This document shows positions 41,025 to 55,083 of a stretch of DNA of 64,000 nt, in pieces (positions within the stretch are counted from its first letter, which is position 1; every line of letters starts with the position of its first letter). The position numbers and the translations under genes are program-made. This DNA is from Octopus vulgaris (lineage: Eukaryota), in assembly GCA_951406725.2 (NCBI GenBank), contig OX597827.1:59148001-59212000 (forward strand). Direction: 5' to 3'. The notes below the pieces were generated by a model that worked only from the letters and a program-made list of their open reading frames with translations, was not told the DNA's origin and did no database searches.

Positions 41025-42104
41025 TTAGTTCGATTCAGTCAAAGAAAATGACACACTCTCACTGAATGTGACATGTGGGAAGTCAGCCTCATGTGTTTTT
41101 AAATGAGTTCTCAGCCTGCTGTTTGTCATGAACGTTTTCCCGCAAATGTCACAACAAAAATGTTTGTCATCTATGTGTATGCGATAATGTCTTTTCAAGT
41201 GAGCACTGTCACGAAACCCTTTACCACACATCTCACAGTAAAACGATTTCTCCCCCGTGTGAGTCTTAATATGTCTCCTTAGGTTATCATTACGTATGAA
41301 GTTTCTACCACATACGTCACAATGGAATGGTCTCTCTGTGGTGTGAATCTTTAAGTGCCTGTTTAACTGGCTGTTGGTAATAAAACCTTTCCAGCAGATT
41401 TTGCAATAAAAGGGTCTTTCCCCTGTATGGGTCCTGACATGAATTTTCAAATCTTCGTTTTTCAGAAAATCTTTGCCACAACTTTTACAATGGAAACATT
41501 TTATACCTGTGTGTATTCTTCGATGTTTTGACAAGTGACCCTTAGTTGCAAAATCTTTATCACATATTTCACAGCTGAATGGCTTTTCCCCTGTGTGCTT
41601 TCTATGATGGATTTGTAATTTGCCCTTCGTGTCAAAACAGTGTCCACAGACATCACAACTGTATGGTTTTCCTCCAGTATGGGCTTTAGCATGGCGTTTC
41701 AAGTTGTTAGCATCAGAAAAGGTTTGGCCACAAAACACACAATCAAATGGTCTCCCACCTACGTGTATCTTTCTGTGTAAATTCAGTTTACGACTGTTAC
41801 TAAACTCATGTCCACAAATTTCACAGCATAATTCTTTGAATTCGTCATGGACTTTTAAGTGTTGTTTCAAGTGGTTAATATCAGAGAATCTGTGATGGCA
41901 AATGTTACACAGGTAGCAGTTAAGTCTCGTATGAGTTACACTATGCTTTCTGATTTTATTCTCAGTCAGGTATATTTTACCACATATCTCACAAGGGAAC
42001 AAGTCTTGGGATTCAGAATTGGTTTGAGTAAAGTCATCATCAGACACATCACTGCATGAAGGAAGCAGTGTGACATTATTATCAGTGAGGAGCTCCATTT
42101 CCAT
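41025..42104 (-). CDS. C2H2 zinc-finger protein, 359 aa: short acidic N-terminus followed by 11 tandem fingers
   Basis: Intact ORF with 11 CxxC-x12-HxxxH units and TGEKP/TGERP-type linkers. Kozak-like gccATGG start. Upstream acceptor tttatctttccag at 42208-42220. Confidence 0.93.
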   Translation of the reverse strand: MEMELLTDNNVTLLPSCSDVSDDDFTQTNSESQDLFPCEICGKIYLTENKIRKHSVTHTRLNCYLCNICHHRFSDINHLKQHLKVHDEFKELCCEICGHEFSNSRKLNLHRKIHVGGRPFDCVFCGQTFSDANNLKRHAKAHTGGKPYSCDVCGHCFDTKGKLQIHHRKHTGEKPFSCEICDKDFATKGHLSKHRRIHTGIKCFHCKSCGKDFLKNEDLKIHVRTHTGERPFYCKICWKGFITNSQLNRHLKIHTTERPFHCDVCGRNFIRNDNLRRHIKTHTGEKSFYCEMCGKGFRDSAHLKRHYRIHIDDKHFCCDICGKTFMTNSRLRTHLKTHEADFPHVTFSESVSFSLTESN

Positions 42105-43182
42105 GGCAACAAAGCAGCATTAGATTAAACTTTAATTAACTGGTAACTGGTCAGGTTGGTAAGTAATGCATCCAAATTATTTCCCTAAAAAAGCCATTGT
42201 TTTGGAACTGGAAAGATAAAGATTACATGTTATTCACTAGTATATTTGTGTATGTGTGTGTGTGTGTGATTTTAAAAGTTTATGTATATATGTATGTATC
42301 ATCATCATCATCGTTTAACGTCCGTTTTCCATGCTAGCATGGATTGGACGTATGACTGAGGGCTGGCGAACCAGATGGCTGCACCAGGCTTCAATCTTGA
42401 TCTGGCAGAGTTTCTACAGCTGGATGCCCTCCCTTCCTAACGCCAACCACTCTGAGAGTGTAGTGGGTGCTTTTACGTGCCACCGGCACAGGGCCAGTCA
42501 GGCAGCACTGGCAACGACCTCACTCGAATCTTTTACACAAGCCACCGGCGCGGGTGCCAGTAAGGCGATCTGGTAACGATCACGCTCGAATGGTGTTTTT
42601 TACATGCCACCAGCACGGAGGCCAGATAGCCACTCTGGCAACAATCACGCTCGGATGGTGTTCTTAATACCCTACTAGCACGGTATGTATGTATGTATAT
42701 ATATTACTCTTATACAAGAATGTTGTTGACAGTGACTTTGAAGTTTCAACCAGCTAAGTTGTTTTTCAACTAAAGCAGGATGATGGCTTGTATAAGAATA
42801 ATAAATTTGTACTCTACAAAAGTATAAAGTAACCCGTAATTGATTAATGTAAAATTGTTTATATTTTAACTAAACATAAAAACAAACATTAATATACATG
42901 TGTGTGATGTGCAGGAGTGGCTGTGTGTTAAGAAGCTTGTTTCCTAATCACATGGTTCTGGGTTCAGTCCCACTGCATGGCACCTTGGGCAAGTGTCTTC
43001 TGCTATAGCCCCGGGCTGACCAAAACTGTGTGAGTGGATTTGGTAGATAGAAACAGAAAGAAGCCCATCATATATATATATATATATATGCATGTATGTA
43101 TTTGTTATTTTGTGTCAGTTTGTCCCCAACATCACTATATATATATATACACACACACACATATATATTATTATTTATATAC

Positions 43183-43224
<42 letters not shown>

Positions 43225-44299
43225 ACATATTTATATATATACATATACAAACATATACATATATACAAATTTATATATACCTTTCACTTTGACTTTGTTT
43301 CGTAATAGCATTCTGAAAAAATGCATATTTTTGAAATGACATTTTGCCAAAATATGTTTTTGATGTGTACATTTGTAATGAGTAAATACAATTGAGAATT
43401 TTTCGATTGTCTTTTTTTTTTTTTGTTGGGGAATTTCGGATTGTTCAACCTCAAACTTACCCCACCCCAACTTTGTATCAATTTCGATAACTTGAGCATT
43501 TTTCATTTCTAATAATAGAAAGATTTATATATTTGAAACGTTAACTTAAATTTCATTGGGAAAACACGCCTTTTTTTATTGTCAGAAAGTTATGCAGAAT
43601 CAAGGCACAAGGCCCGAAATTTAGGGGGAAGGGGGCCAGTCGATTACATCGACTCCAGTACAGAACTGGTACTTAATTTATCGATCCCGAAAGGAATGAA
43701 AAGCAAAGTTGACCTCGGCGGAATTTGAACTCAGAATGTAATGACAGACGAAATACTGCTAAGCATTTCACCCGGTGTGCTAACGTTTCTTATTTCTTTA
43801 CTACCCACAAGGGGCTACACACAGAGGGGACAAACAGGACAGATAAAGGGATTACATCGATCCCAGTGTGTAACTGGCACTTAATTTATCTACCCCGAAA
43901 GGATGAAAGGCAAAATCAACCTCGGCGGAATCTGAACTCAGAACGTAGTGGCAGACGAGATAAGGCTAAGCATTTCGCCCGGCGTGCTTAACGTTTCTGC
44001 CAGCTCGCCACCTTTAACAAAGTCAGGGGGCACCAAATTGTAGTTACACCTGCTCCTGTAAACTTAGTAAAGTGGGCGCTACATATCTAATAAAACAAAG
44101 GTTTTTCTTTTTAATTAAAATCAGTGAAGTTCAATAAACTTTAGGATAATTATTACCAAAATTACTGAGTGGGCGGAATCCCACTTTAGCACACCACTAA
44201 TAACCTGTCATAACTTTTTTAAATATTTTTGGGAATTTTCAGAAAATTTTTGCATATTTGTGTTTTACAGACGGTAATTCATACGACTATGAAAAAATT

Positions 44300-44701
44300 G
44301 GATCTTTTCGGTTTGAACGGCAGTTTTTTCTAGCGGTGTCATATGAAATTGTCACCCATAATTATGACCCTAGTATCGATCTATTGCATTTCAATGTGTT
44401 TTAGGGTTAGGGGTGGGGGCAGGGTATCTTTTTTTCTTCAGAAATGTAAATAAACCCAATCTGTTTCTTAAATGAGGGACATATTCATACGGCACAATGT
44501 TTTTTTTTTACCTTAATGGACGTCATTGATTGGTTGAAATTGCAGAAATTGAAGAAAAAAAAACAACAAACTATAGAATTTTCTCAATAAAGCCAAGAGA
44601 AAAAGATGTTTTATAAACACATTCTACCAGTATACGAAGTTTAAAATTTTTTAGTTACCTAGAAATTATGTTAAAAACTGCCGTTCAAACCGAAAAGATC
44701 C
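44300..44701. mobile_element. Second copy of the Merlin-like MITE, nested in an older inverted-repeat element (about 44224-45040)
   Basis: Same TIRs and body as 26789-27208; A-rich target site. Confidence 0.85.
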
Positions 44702-46226
44702 AAAAAAAATTTTTCTCAGGCTTTCGAATATATAAATTTTGTTTTTTTAATTTTTCGGACTTTTATTTTTATTTAAATTAGTTTACAATACGGACAATTC
44801 AAATGTTTTGCTTAATCCCAGCAACACAGTATTAAATGAGTTTATGGGGAGAAAAATATTGAAAAACATCAATTAGTGTGACAGAGATGAAGAGGATACC
44901 AGATCGTCATGAGATGTGCGAAAAATAACAGCTAAATCGCCCTTAAATCACACACAAATTTTTTTTTTCTTTTTTTTTGCATATGAATTCCCGTGTGTAG
45001 AACACAAGATCGCAAAAGTTTTCTGAAAATTCCCCAAATAAAAAAAGTTATGAGAGGTTATATGGAGTGCTTAAAGGAGGATTCACCACTAAGTCTAGTC
45101 TAATAAAGAGAGACTTTTTTTTATTAAATACAAGATGCAGAAAAAGGGAGAAGTTAGAAACATATTTGAAGGAACTGCCTATCTTTCTTTCTTTCTTTTT
45201 TTTACTCCATTTTCTATTTGTTTTCTGCAAAAGTTCCTCCTACTTACCGTTTAATTGAACTTTGGACTCTGCGAGACGTTCCAAGAAGTTATTTGTGATT
45301 CATTTTGTGGCTTGAATTAAATATGATTAAATGTGAACATTTTATTGACGCCTGTTACAGTTCGAGTTTGTATTAATCGGTCCTTTTATTTATTTATTTT
45401 TTTTTTTGGCTCTCCCAAATATTCTGTAAATTCATTTATTGAGATGTAGGATCTTACAGGCATGACACCTTTAATAGTTTGTTTATGCCTATAAATGAAT
45501 TTCTGTTCGTTTTTTTTTTTTTTTAATTACGTGAATATATTTGTATGCGTATTTTAGCTGCATATATTAAATGTAAAAATTTATTTGTGCATATATATAA
45601 CCAGGTATAATAGGTATACAAACGAATTATTGATGGATAAATATGAGGTTCTCTGTATACATCAGTGTCTATAAGTATATTTATGTTGATGTAATTCTTT
45701 CTTTCTTTCTTTCTCTCGCACACGCACTTCGAGCATATTAATGAGATGTGTGTGACTGTGTGATCAATGAAGACATATATTTCAAAACAAGATGGGTTTT
45801 TTTTATGAGTTTTTAAGTTAAAATAAAGTTCATTCGTTAAGTAACAAACAATTTTCCTACTTTTAAGAAATTTCTACATTGCTTCCATTCTGTACGAGTG
45901 TGTTTATAAATATATATAACGGCGCATGTTGTAAGCCTTTATGAGTGATCGAAGAATCAAATAACAAATATTAAAAATAAAAATGAGATTTTTAAGCTTC
46001 GGCAAAGAAATACAATAACATTTGTGTAAAAAAAAAAAGTTATGAGGCGGGCAATATGCGGTGAATAGGTTAAAAGTATCCCTTACAAAATAATGACCAG
46101 TAACAGTTGAGTCATACAAGGAACAAACACATTTTAATTTTATCTCAATCTGTTGCTTAAAACATAATATTGTTGCATTTAGAAAGACTTGTTTTTGTCA
46201 TTCACAGATTAAACACATAAACTAAT

Positions 46227-46395
46227 GGCGATCCTTCGGTATAGGTACCGTAAGTGGCTTTGTTTACATTTCTGAAAATAACAGAATCCCTTTTCTCCCA
46301 CCCCTAACTCTAACCCCCCTCCCCCACCATATATAGAAAAAAACACTTTGTTGAAATGTATCCGGTACTTCCGGTACCTATACCGAAGTTACGCC
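46227..46395. mobile_element. Small MITE with GG...CC ends and 8-bp TSD
   Basis: TIR ggcgatccttcggtataggtaccg / cggtacctataccgaagttacgcc; TSD aaactaat. Confidence 0.85.
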
Positions 46396-47645
46396 AAACT
46401 AATATTTATTCATTACTTTCTTTAAATTTCTTTCACACACTTTCGCTGCAGAAATGGCAATTCTTTACAACTCCATGGTTTGTTGGGAAGGGGGGGGGGG
46501 ATTTTCAGAAAAGTTTTGTGAATTTCTGTTCTGCACACAAGAATTCAAACGATTATGAAAAACAACGGTTATCTTTTAAACCCACCACCACTGTCTGGAT
46601 GTTTTGTTGTCACCTGTTACATTCTTGTTTTCTTTTTTATATATACATATAGTGGCGTACGTACACTTTTGGTCTCTTATATATAAGTCCATATATAAAT
46701 ATATATATATATATATAAATTCTGTACGACTCCTTTATTCTTTCTTTTAGCTCCTTCACACTTTTCTTTTTCTCACTCACATTTCTTCGCCTTCCCTCCT
46801 CTTTTATTCTGTCCCTTTACTTTTTCCTTTCTTTCTTGTCCCTCCCTAATTCTTCTATCCCTCTGCTCCTACCTCTCTCCTCCTTCCATATGACCGGTAT
46901 TCTGCTTAGCCTGACCTTTCTTTCTTGGTCCGACTATCATCCGTGCAACATCTGTGACTTTTGTCTCATATGTCCCTGCCGTAAGGCTTCACTTCCACAC
47001 ATGCCAGCTTAATTTAATTCATCCTTAGTCGAAAGACACCTGTTGTTTGTATTTGTATTTGTGTACCATTTCTCCATTTTTTAGTCCTTGTTTTCTTATA
47101 CATTCACTTGCTTTCTTCCAAGAAATTTAGTGCTCTTAGCTAAGATTTTCTTGGGGCCTGCCAGATTGGAGCAGTCTCAAGTGTAACCAGCCAAAACTAC
47201 TGAGAAGATCTGGAACTTGACTGAAGATAGAAAACTCCAAATGATCCTTCCTTTTTTTTTCCCCCAGTCCTTTTTTGTATCATCTAACTGTCCAGATGTT
47301 TTGTTGTCACCTGTTACATTCTTGTTCCATTTTCTGTTTTCTTTGTTACACACACACACATATATATATATATATACATACATACATATATTTACATATA
47401 TACATACATACATATATTTACATATATACATACATACACACACACATATATATATGTATATATATGTATACATATATCTTTCAGTACATCTCAATGCTTC
47501 TAAAGGAAACTTTGTTGACTTTCAATGGAAGTTGAATTTAACGTAATATATATATATATTTAATGTAGAATAAAATTTTTTCGAAAAAAATTTTTATCAA
47601 TGGCCAGCATATTAAAAAATACCTTTAAAGGTTAAAATTATAAAC

Positions 47646-47834
47646 AACTTATAAATAAGGGCAAACGAAAAAATTTCTAATGCCAAATATGCCGAAAAAT
47701 GGACATATTGTCCATAACCATATAATTTTTCACAATACGCACGTATTGTGAAAAATTATATGGTAATGGACAATATGTCCAATTTTCGGCATATTTGGCA
47801 TTAGAAATTTTTTCGTTTGCCCTTATTTATAAGT

Positions 47835-47835
<1 letters not shown>
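47646..47835. repeat. 190-bp near-perfect palindrome
   Basis: Centre cacaatacg-ca-cgtattgtg. Confidence 0.95.
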
Positions 47836-47865
<30 letters not shown>

Positions 47866-48004
47866 TAGCAGTAATGTTCATCATTGATTGATTGGGTAAT
47901 TACATTTACTGTTTCTTGGGAGCCACATTTAAAGTATTATTATATATATAATTTACTCCTCTTGTATGTGTGTATTTTTATAAGAGCAAAATATGTGATA
48001 ACTG

Positions 48005-48910
48005 AAGTAGAAAAAACTCAATAGCACCCTGGTAGATAGAGCAATTAAGGATATGAAGAGAAAGCCCCTAGCCCATCAGGAATCACTGCTGAGATGCTTA
48101 AAATATCTGGCAGTGTGGGTTATGGTCTAGTCACCTGTATAGTAAATCAGAAGTCATACCATAGTCAACTGCTACAAAAGTAAAGGTGGTGTTTTAGATA
48201 GAAATAACTACAGGGGTATTAAATTACTGGATCAGGTGATGAAAGTCATGAAGAGGGTCATAGCCCAACTAATTAGGGAGAGAGTTAGCCTAGATGAGAT
48301 GCAGTTTGGCTTTGTGCCAGGTAGAAGCACCACTGATGCTATATTTCTGGTAAGGCAACTGCAGGAGAAATACCTAACCAAAGATAAACCTCTGTACTTG
48401 GCTTTTGTTGACTTGAAGAAAGCCTTTGACAGGATTCCCTGATCCCTTATCTGGTGGTCAATGCAGAAACTAGGGATAGACGAGTAGTTGGTAAGAGCTG
48501 TACAAGTCCTGTACAGGGATGCTGTCAGTAAGGTGAAGGTTGGCAATGAGTATAGTGAAGAATTTTGGGTAGAAGTAGGGGTTCACCAAGGATCAGTCCT
48601 CAGCCCCCTCTTGTTCATCATAGTCTTCCAGGCAATAACAGAGGAATTCAAGACAGGCTGCCCCTGGGAGCTCTTCTATGCTGATGACCTTGCTCTGATA
48701 GCTGAGTCACTACCAGAACTAGAGATGAAGTTTCAAGTGTGGAAGCAAGGTCTAAAATTGAAGGGCTTTAGAGTCAATCTAGCAAAAACCAAAGTCCTAG
48801 TAATTAGGAAGGCAGACAAATCACAAACCCCTTCAAGAAGAAGGCCCTACTTGATTTGTAGAAGAGACATAGGTAGAAACTCCATAAGATGTACCTGGTG
48901 TAAGCTGGCA
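48005..48910 (+). mobile_element. RTE-clade LINE reverse transcriptase fragment
   Basis: NYRGIKLL, QFGFVPGRSTTDAIF, AFVDLKKAFD, GVHQGSVLSPLLF and YADDLAL, with stops and frameshifts. Confidence 0.93.
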
Positions 48911-50329
48911 CTCCCTTTAATATAAACCTCAATACTCACCATCCAAAGCATAACCACTCCATCTATACATTTAAAGTAGATTCATCAACAGACTTACGAC
49001 CACAAAACACATTTAGATATACTGAGTGGTTACTACTACCACACATAGCCATGTCAGACAAAAAAGGATGCGGTTGAAGCCAGAAATTTGAGCTTACAGA
49101 ACACAGAAGCAATATTTATATATCACCTGATGCACATAACACACGGAAATGGTTACATAACCAAATACCTGCAAACCTGGAGAACTACATTGCATGGAAA
49201 CAATTGTAGTGATTACAAATAAATGTTCCTTTGCGCTCCTTGTTGACTCCAACTTATTCAATTATATATGTGTGTGTGTTAATGTCTATCTATTTATACA
49301 AATGTAATTCCATGTCCCATTTGAGTTATTTCATGCAAATACCATACCTAAAACTTTCCCTATCTTGGATCTGGAACTTGCATTGAATCGTGAAGCTACA
49401 TGCATCTGTACATGGGTATATATTTGCCTGTATAGAAATCCCTTGACTATCGCAGGTGTTACGCTCGAAAACCTCCCACGATAGGTGAAAATCCGTGAAG
49501 TAAGAAACGGTATTGTACATACAGTATATATTTTTTATCATTTTTATAATTTGTATTCTTTTACTCTTTTACTTGTTTCAGTCATTTGACTGTGGTCATG
49601 TTGGAGCACCACCTTTAGTCGAGCAAATCGACCCCAGGACTTATTCTTTGTAAGCCTAGTACTTATTCTATCGGTCGCTTTTGCCGATCCGCTAAGTTAC
49701 AGGGACGTAAACACACCAGCATTGGTTGTCAAGCAATGTTTGGGGGGGGGGGGGACAAACACACACATACATATATATATATATAGGCACGTAAAAAGCA
49801 CCCACTACAGTAGCGGAGTGGTTGGCGTTAGGAAGGGCATCCAGCTGTAGAAACTCTGCCAGATCAGACTGGAGCCTGGTGCAGTCCCTGGCTTCCCAGA
49901 CCCCGGTCGAACCGTCCAACCCGTGCTAGCACGGAAAACGGACGTTAAACGATGATGATATATATATATACACGATGGGTTTCTTTCAGTTTCTGTCTAC
50001 CAAATCCACTCACAAGGCTTTGGTTGGCCTGAGGCCATAGCAGAAGACACTTGCCCAAGATGCCACGCAGTGGCACTGAACCCGGAACCATGTGGTTCGT
50101 AAGCAAGCTACTTATCACACAGCCACTCCTACGCCATGTATATATTTATTTTACACACAAATGCAAAATAATACCACACATTCGCTCCAAAATTTCATTT
50201 TCCATACAGTATGTGCAATTCTTTGTTTACTCATCTACAGTACACTATGTATTTTCTTTTAATATATTTTAATTAATATCTTATACAGTGCAGTTCTGTA
50301 CTGTATTCTTATTTATTAATTTTTAGGCA

Positions 50330-51521
50330 TGAAAATTTTATTCATCAAAGTAAGTACCATTACGATCAACACATTTTTGCCAGTGAGTTACAAGTTTGTT
50401 TATTCTGGTAAAATAAAAATCTGGAGTCCTGGAGCTGATGAACTCTTTGAAGACACTTTCAGCATCGGTTTGATTATTGAATTCTTTCTCTCACAGGAAA
50501 CCATCACAGTGCTTGAAAAAGTTGTAGTCAGTAGGGGACAGGTCTGGGGAATAAGCTGGATGGGGAAGAACTTTGTAACCAAGTTCCCTCAACTTCTGGA
50601 GTGTCATTAGTGAAACATGTGGTCGAGCAGTCATGAAGAATGATTGGCCCTCTTTTGTTGACCAGTCTGGAATGGAGGAGTAGCAGTTTTTCATTCATTT
50701 TGGCAATTTCATCACAATATGTTTCTCCAGTAACGGTTTTTCTGGATTTTAAGAAGTTATAGTGGATGAGTCCAGCAGTACACAACCAAACAATCCCCCA
50801 TAACCTTCTTTTTGAAGAGCTCGGGTTTAGGGAAGGTTTTTGGTGCTTCATTTTGGTCCAACCACTGCAAAGAATGTTTTTTATTATAGTACAGAATCCA
50901 CTTTTCATCACAAGTTACAATATAGTCATGAAATTGATTTGTCTGGTTATGGAGAAGAAGCGATGAGCAAATTTCATATCTGCACATTTTCTGATTTTCA
51001 TTCAAACTGTATGGCATCCATTTGTTGAGCTTTTTTGATTTTCCAATTGCATGCAAATGGTTGCAGCAGGCAGTTTTCTGGCTAACTTGAAATTTTTTTT
51101 GCCAGTTCTCAAATGGTTTTATGTGGATCTTTCTCAGTGACGGTCTTTAGTTGACTGTCATCGATGATAGATGGGCATCCACTATGCTCAGGTCTCCACT
51201 GCAAAATCGTTTAAACCATTTTTGAGCTGACCACTCACTGGTCATTTCCTCACCAAATATTTTATTGATATCACGAGCAGTTTCAGCTGCTTTACATACT
51301 CTTTCGAAGTTGAATAGCAAAATTGCTTGAATATTGTGCTTTGAATGTTCCATTTCAGATGATTATAACAATGTTAATTTATTGATGCATTTGGACAAGT
51401 CCATGTCTGTATTATTAGACAATTGCATAAAAAATGTTTAAAAAAAAAATCAAAACTCTACAAAAATCCGGTACAAATTCTTAATCGTTCAAAACGTTGC
51501 TTACTTTTTACTCAACCTGAT
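50330..51521 (-). mobile_element. Mariner (Mos1/Hsmar1-like) transposase pseudogene
   Basis: Frameshifted pieces: AAETARDIN..FG, KWFKRF, KWMPYSL, IVTCDEKWILY, IILHD..RPH, HPAYSPDLSPTDYNFF. A TIR-like end lies near 51495-51521. Confidence 0.92.
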
Positions 51522-52004
51522 ATTTTATATATATATATGTGTGTGTGTGTTTATGTGCAGGTATGAATGTGCAAAAATATCCTTTCTGCTTATTTTATTT
51601 TAGTGTAGCATATCTATCTACTGAGTGAAATGTTTAATGAGTAAGCCATTTGAAATAATACACAATCATGCAACCTTGAAATTGTTTACATAATTTATTC
51701 TAGAAAAATCCAGAGAATTATAGTTATCATTTAAGCTGGTCAACATAAATGTAACGTTCAAAATTGGAAACTGGTTTGGTAAGTGCCAATACATTAAACT
51801 CTCAGTCCTGGAGTCACTCTGTAACTTCTTCCAATTAATAAACACACACGCATACACACACATATACATAATTACATATATATATATATATATATGTGCC
51901 CCAGCATGGCCACAGCTCAAGAGCTGAAACTGGAAAACATAAACATAAACATAATATGAACATAAAAAAATAGACATATACAGTTAGATGGAAACCATGA
52001 AGTA

Positions 52005-52241
52005 TCATGCTGAAGCTTCACCCAGCAAACGTCTCTGTGCCAGTTCATTATTAGGATTCAACTCAATCAGTTCGTTGCTGGAGACAGCCAAATCTTGAAC
52101 TGATACACGTCCTCTCTGTTGCATATACTTTGCTACGGACTGCAATTCATCTCTGGTGATGTAGATGAACTTTCCACGGTCATCCATGACTCCAGTCAAA
52201 GTGCCGTCACCAAGGAGACACTGCACCCGATCAATTGCTTC
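52005..52241 (-). CDS. DDRGK1: DDRGK1 terminal coding exon (winged-helix/PCI-like region with the DDRGK motif)
   Basis: ctttctcag acceptor; translates [52 protein letters not shown]...EASA-TGA, including the signature [14 protein letters not shown]. Confidence 0.97.
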   Translation of the reverse strand, partial: EAIDRVQCLLGDGTLTGVMDDRGKFIYITRDELQSVAKYMQQRGRVSVQDLAVSSNELIELNPNNELAQRRLLGEASA

Positions 52242-52329
52242 CTGAGAAAGAGATCACATTGGACACTTGAAATAGAAACGGTCAACCAATTTGGGAGAAA
52301 GTCGATTTGGGGAAATGAGGAGACAGAGG

Positions 52330-52670
52330 GAAGTGTGTATGGTATTTGAATCAATGAGGAGTGAGACTGGAGTTGGAGTAAGGTAATATGACAGTAGTGT
52401 AAGATTGTGGTGAGTTGGAATGAATTGAATGTGGGTGTGGTGAGGTTGGATGAACCGAGTGTGGAGTTGTAGAAGGGTTGGATGAACTGAGTGTGGGATT
52501 GTAATGGAATGGGATGAAGTGAGTGTAGGATTGGAGTGAGCGTGGTCGTGGTAAAGTTGTATAAAGTGAGTGTAGGATTGGAGTGTGTGGTTGTGGTGAG
52601 ATTGGACGAAGCTTGAATGGGGTTGGATGACGTGAGTGAGGGACTAGATTGAGGAAGAGTGAAATGAAGG
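52330..52670. repeat. G/T-rich degenerate repeat of about 30 bp in the last DDRGK1 intron
   Basis: Recurring ttggatgaa..gagtgt.gg units. Confidence 0.6.
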
Positions 52671-52913
52671 TTTATAATGTTTATAAATCTGCTGTTTAAT
52701 CTTTGGAAGCAAAAAACATGGTGGCAGCAGTGTCAATTGTAATGTTAATTATTGTGATAATGATGATAGTAATATTCATAGTGAGGGTAGAAAGATCATC
52801 ATAGAGGTGGTTATATTGATGATGATGATGATGTAATGAAGAGGTTGGAGCCAGACTTGCTTAATACACAAGGCAGTAATATATTAAGAATCAGAAAGAG
52901 CTGTTAAACCTAC

Positions 52914-52970
52914 CTGTGTTTTTATTGAGAAATGGTGAGCCAAATCTTCCAGCATTACAACTTTGATCTC
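52914..52970 (-). CDS. DDRGK1: DDRGK1 coding exon: EIKVVMLEDLAHHFSIKTQ
   Basis: atttcag acceptor, CAG|gtaggt donor; 57 nt; conserved KVVxLEDLAxxFxxxTQ. Confidence 0.95.
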
Positions 52971-54430
52971 CTGAAATATGCAATAAAATATTGATTAGTG
53001 GCAGGGGAAGAAGTGGGGAGAGAGGGTTTAGATTTAAGAGTCAGTTTTGTAATAACAAGAAAAGGATAAAAAAGGCAGCCAATTACTGAGCCTGGAGAGA
53101 TGAAAAGTACTTCACCCTGATATCATCTAAAGCAGAGGTTCTCAACCAATTTTTATCTATGGACACCTTTGATTACTATTTTACAGCTATAGTGGACCCA
53201 CAAAGCCATTCGATGTTTTAAAATTAATTTTATAGAAACTTCTTTCAAATTTCCTATTTTGTTTTTTTTTTACATATTAACTTGTGTAGGTTGAACTATG
53301 CAAAACATTAGAGAAAGAAACCCAGCTGTTTCTTGCAAAGCAAAATTTTTCATAGGTTCTTAAAATATTATTGTGGATCCCCAATTTACTATTTTGTTGC
53401 GGACCCCACAAGATTTTATATGGACCATCGGGGGCCACATGGACCCCAGTTGAGAACCCTGATGAGGAGATGAGTCACAGCTATCTTTTGCAGTCAGGCA
53501 TCCATCATCGATGAGATCAAGGAATGTTGTAATCATGTGATCTGGTGGTTTCAGCATTGAAGGTGCAGAGATTTATCTCCCCACCAGCAATATAAACAAG
53601 AGTGCATTTTGCACCAAAAGCCAATATGTGAGTTTCTCTCATGGTATCTACCACAGTATAGCTTGTTCTAATAGAACATCCATGTTTTAGTGGGGATGAG
53701 TATTAGCTCTTGGTATTAATACTGCCTCTGTCACTAATATATATATATCTTTTAACAAGCTCACTGCGTAATCGCAACACCAATGCCTGTTCTCGTACTG
53801 TTTTTCTATATATTGCTGGTGCAGAGAGGAGTCCTTGCTATCTCTAGCAGTTGAGCATCCATCATTGACAAGACCAAAGAAGGTGGGGCAGAAACACAGA
53901 CACAAAGACACACACATACAGATATAAATATATATATGCAAGCATGAAAGACAGATGTTAAATGACGATGATGATATTGATATACATACATATACGGGGG
54001 TCTTCTTTCAGTTTCTGTCTACCAAATCCACTCACAAAACTTTGGTCAGCCTAAGGCTATAAAAGGTACTTGCCCAAGATGCCATGCAGTGGGACTGAAC
54101 CTGGAATCATGTGGTTGAGAAGCAAGCTTCTTACCACACAGTCACACATTAAATTTAATAACACTCATCATCATCCTCATCATCATAATCATTTAACATC
54201 CATCTTTCACGCATGCATGGATAGGACAGTTTACAGGAGCCAGGTAGAAAAACTACCCTATGCCACTGTGCCTGTTTTAGCAAGGTTTTTACAGCTGGAT
54301 GCTCTTCCTAACCTAACACTATGAGATTAATTTTTTTTTTTTTTAAAGTACTTTCCACATCCCACAATATAACAACCTCTATATCTCTACTCTTCAGACA
54401 GTGTTCTTGTTTTCCCAAAGCTCTACTTAC

Positions 54431-54469
54431 CTTGATGTAATTGATAAATTCTTCCAGCAGAGATTGTGA
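54431..54469 (-). CDS. DDRGK1: DDRGK1 coding exon: SQSLLEEFINYIK
   Basis: ttcttacag acceptor, AAG|gtaagt donor; 39 nt; conserved LxEFINYIK. Confidence 0.95.
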
Positions 54470-54600
54470 CTGTAAGAAAAGAAAAGAAATATTTAACACC
54501 GATTTAACATCTTGGGACAAGGCCGGCAAGTTTGGGGGAGGAGGTAAGTCAATTACATTGACCCCAGTGTTCAACTGGTACTTATTTTATCGACCCTAAA

Positions 54601-55083
54601 GCCTGTAATGACATGCATAAGATCTAGTCATCAAATCTAAGTAGAGACTTCAAACTTGAAATCTTCAAAGCCACAGTCAAACCAATTCTACTCAGAAACC
54701 TGGATGTTAACAAAGAAGCTTGAGAGGCAGTTGGATAGAACCTACACTCGCCTCTTTATGAGAGCTCAAAATCTCTCGTGGAAGCGTCATCCAACCAAAA
54801 TGCAAATATATGGGAAACTACCACCTGTGTCATCTCTTGTGAAAGGTAAGAGAGTCCAGTTTGCTGGACATTGTTGTAGAGCTGAAAACGAGGCAATTTC
54901 TACTCTTCTCCTCTGGAAGCCATCTACTCGCAATACCAGAGGGCACACACTCTCCTACCCTGATGTAATCTCCAGGGATACAGGCATCCAGCAACAGGAC
55001 CTCCGTAATGCTATGATGGACCGTGAAGTCTGGAGTAGCATTGTAAATTCCATTGTTTCGACCACGGTCAAACAATGATGATG
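54601..55083 (+). mobile_element. Second copy of the same RTE 3' fragment, in a DDRGK1 intron and nested in a SINE
   Basis: Highly similar to 35126-35616 throughout; (TGA)n tail. Confidence 0.9.
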
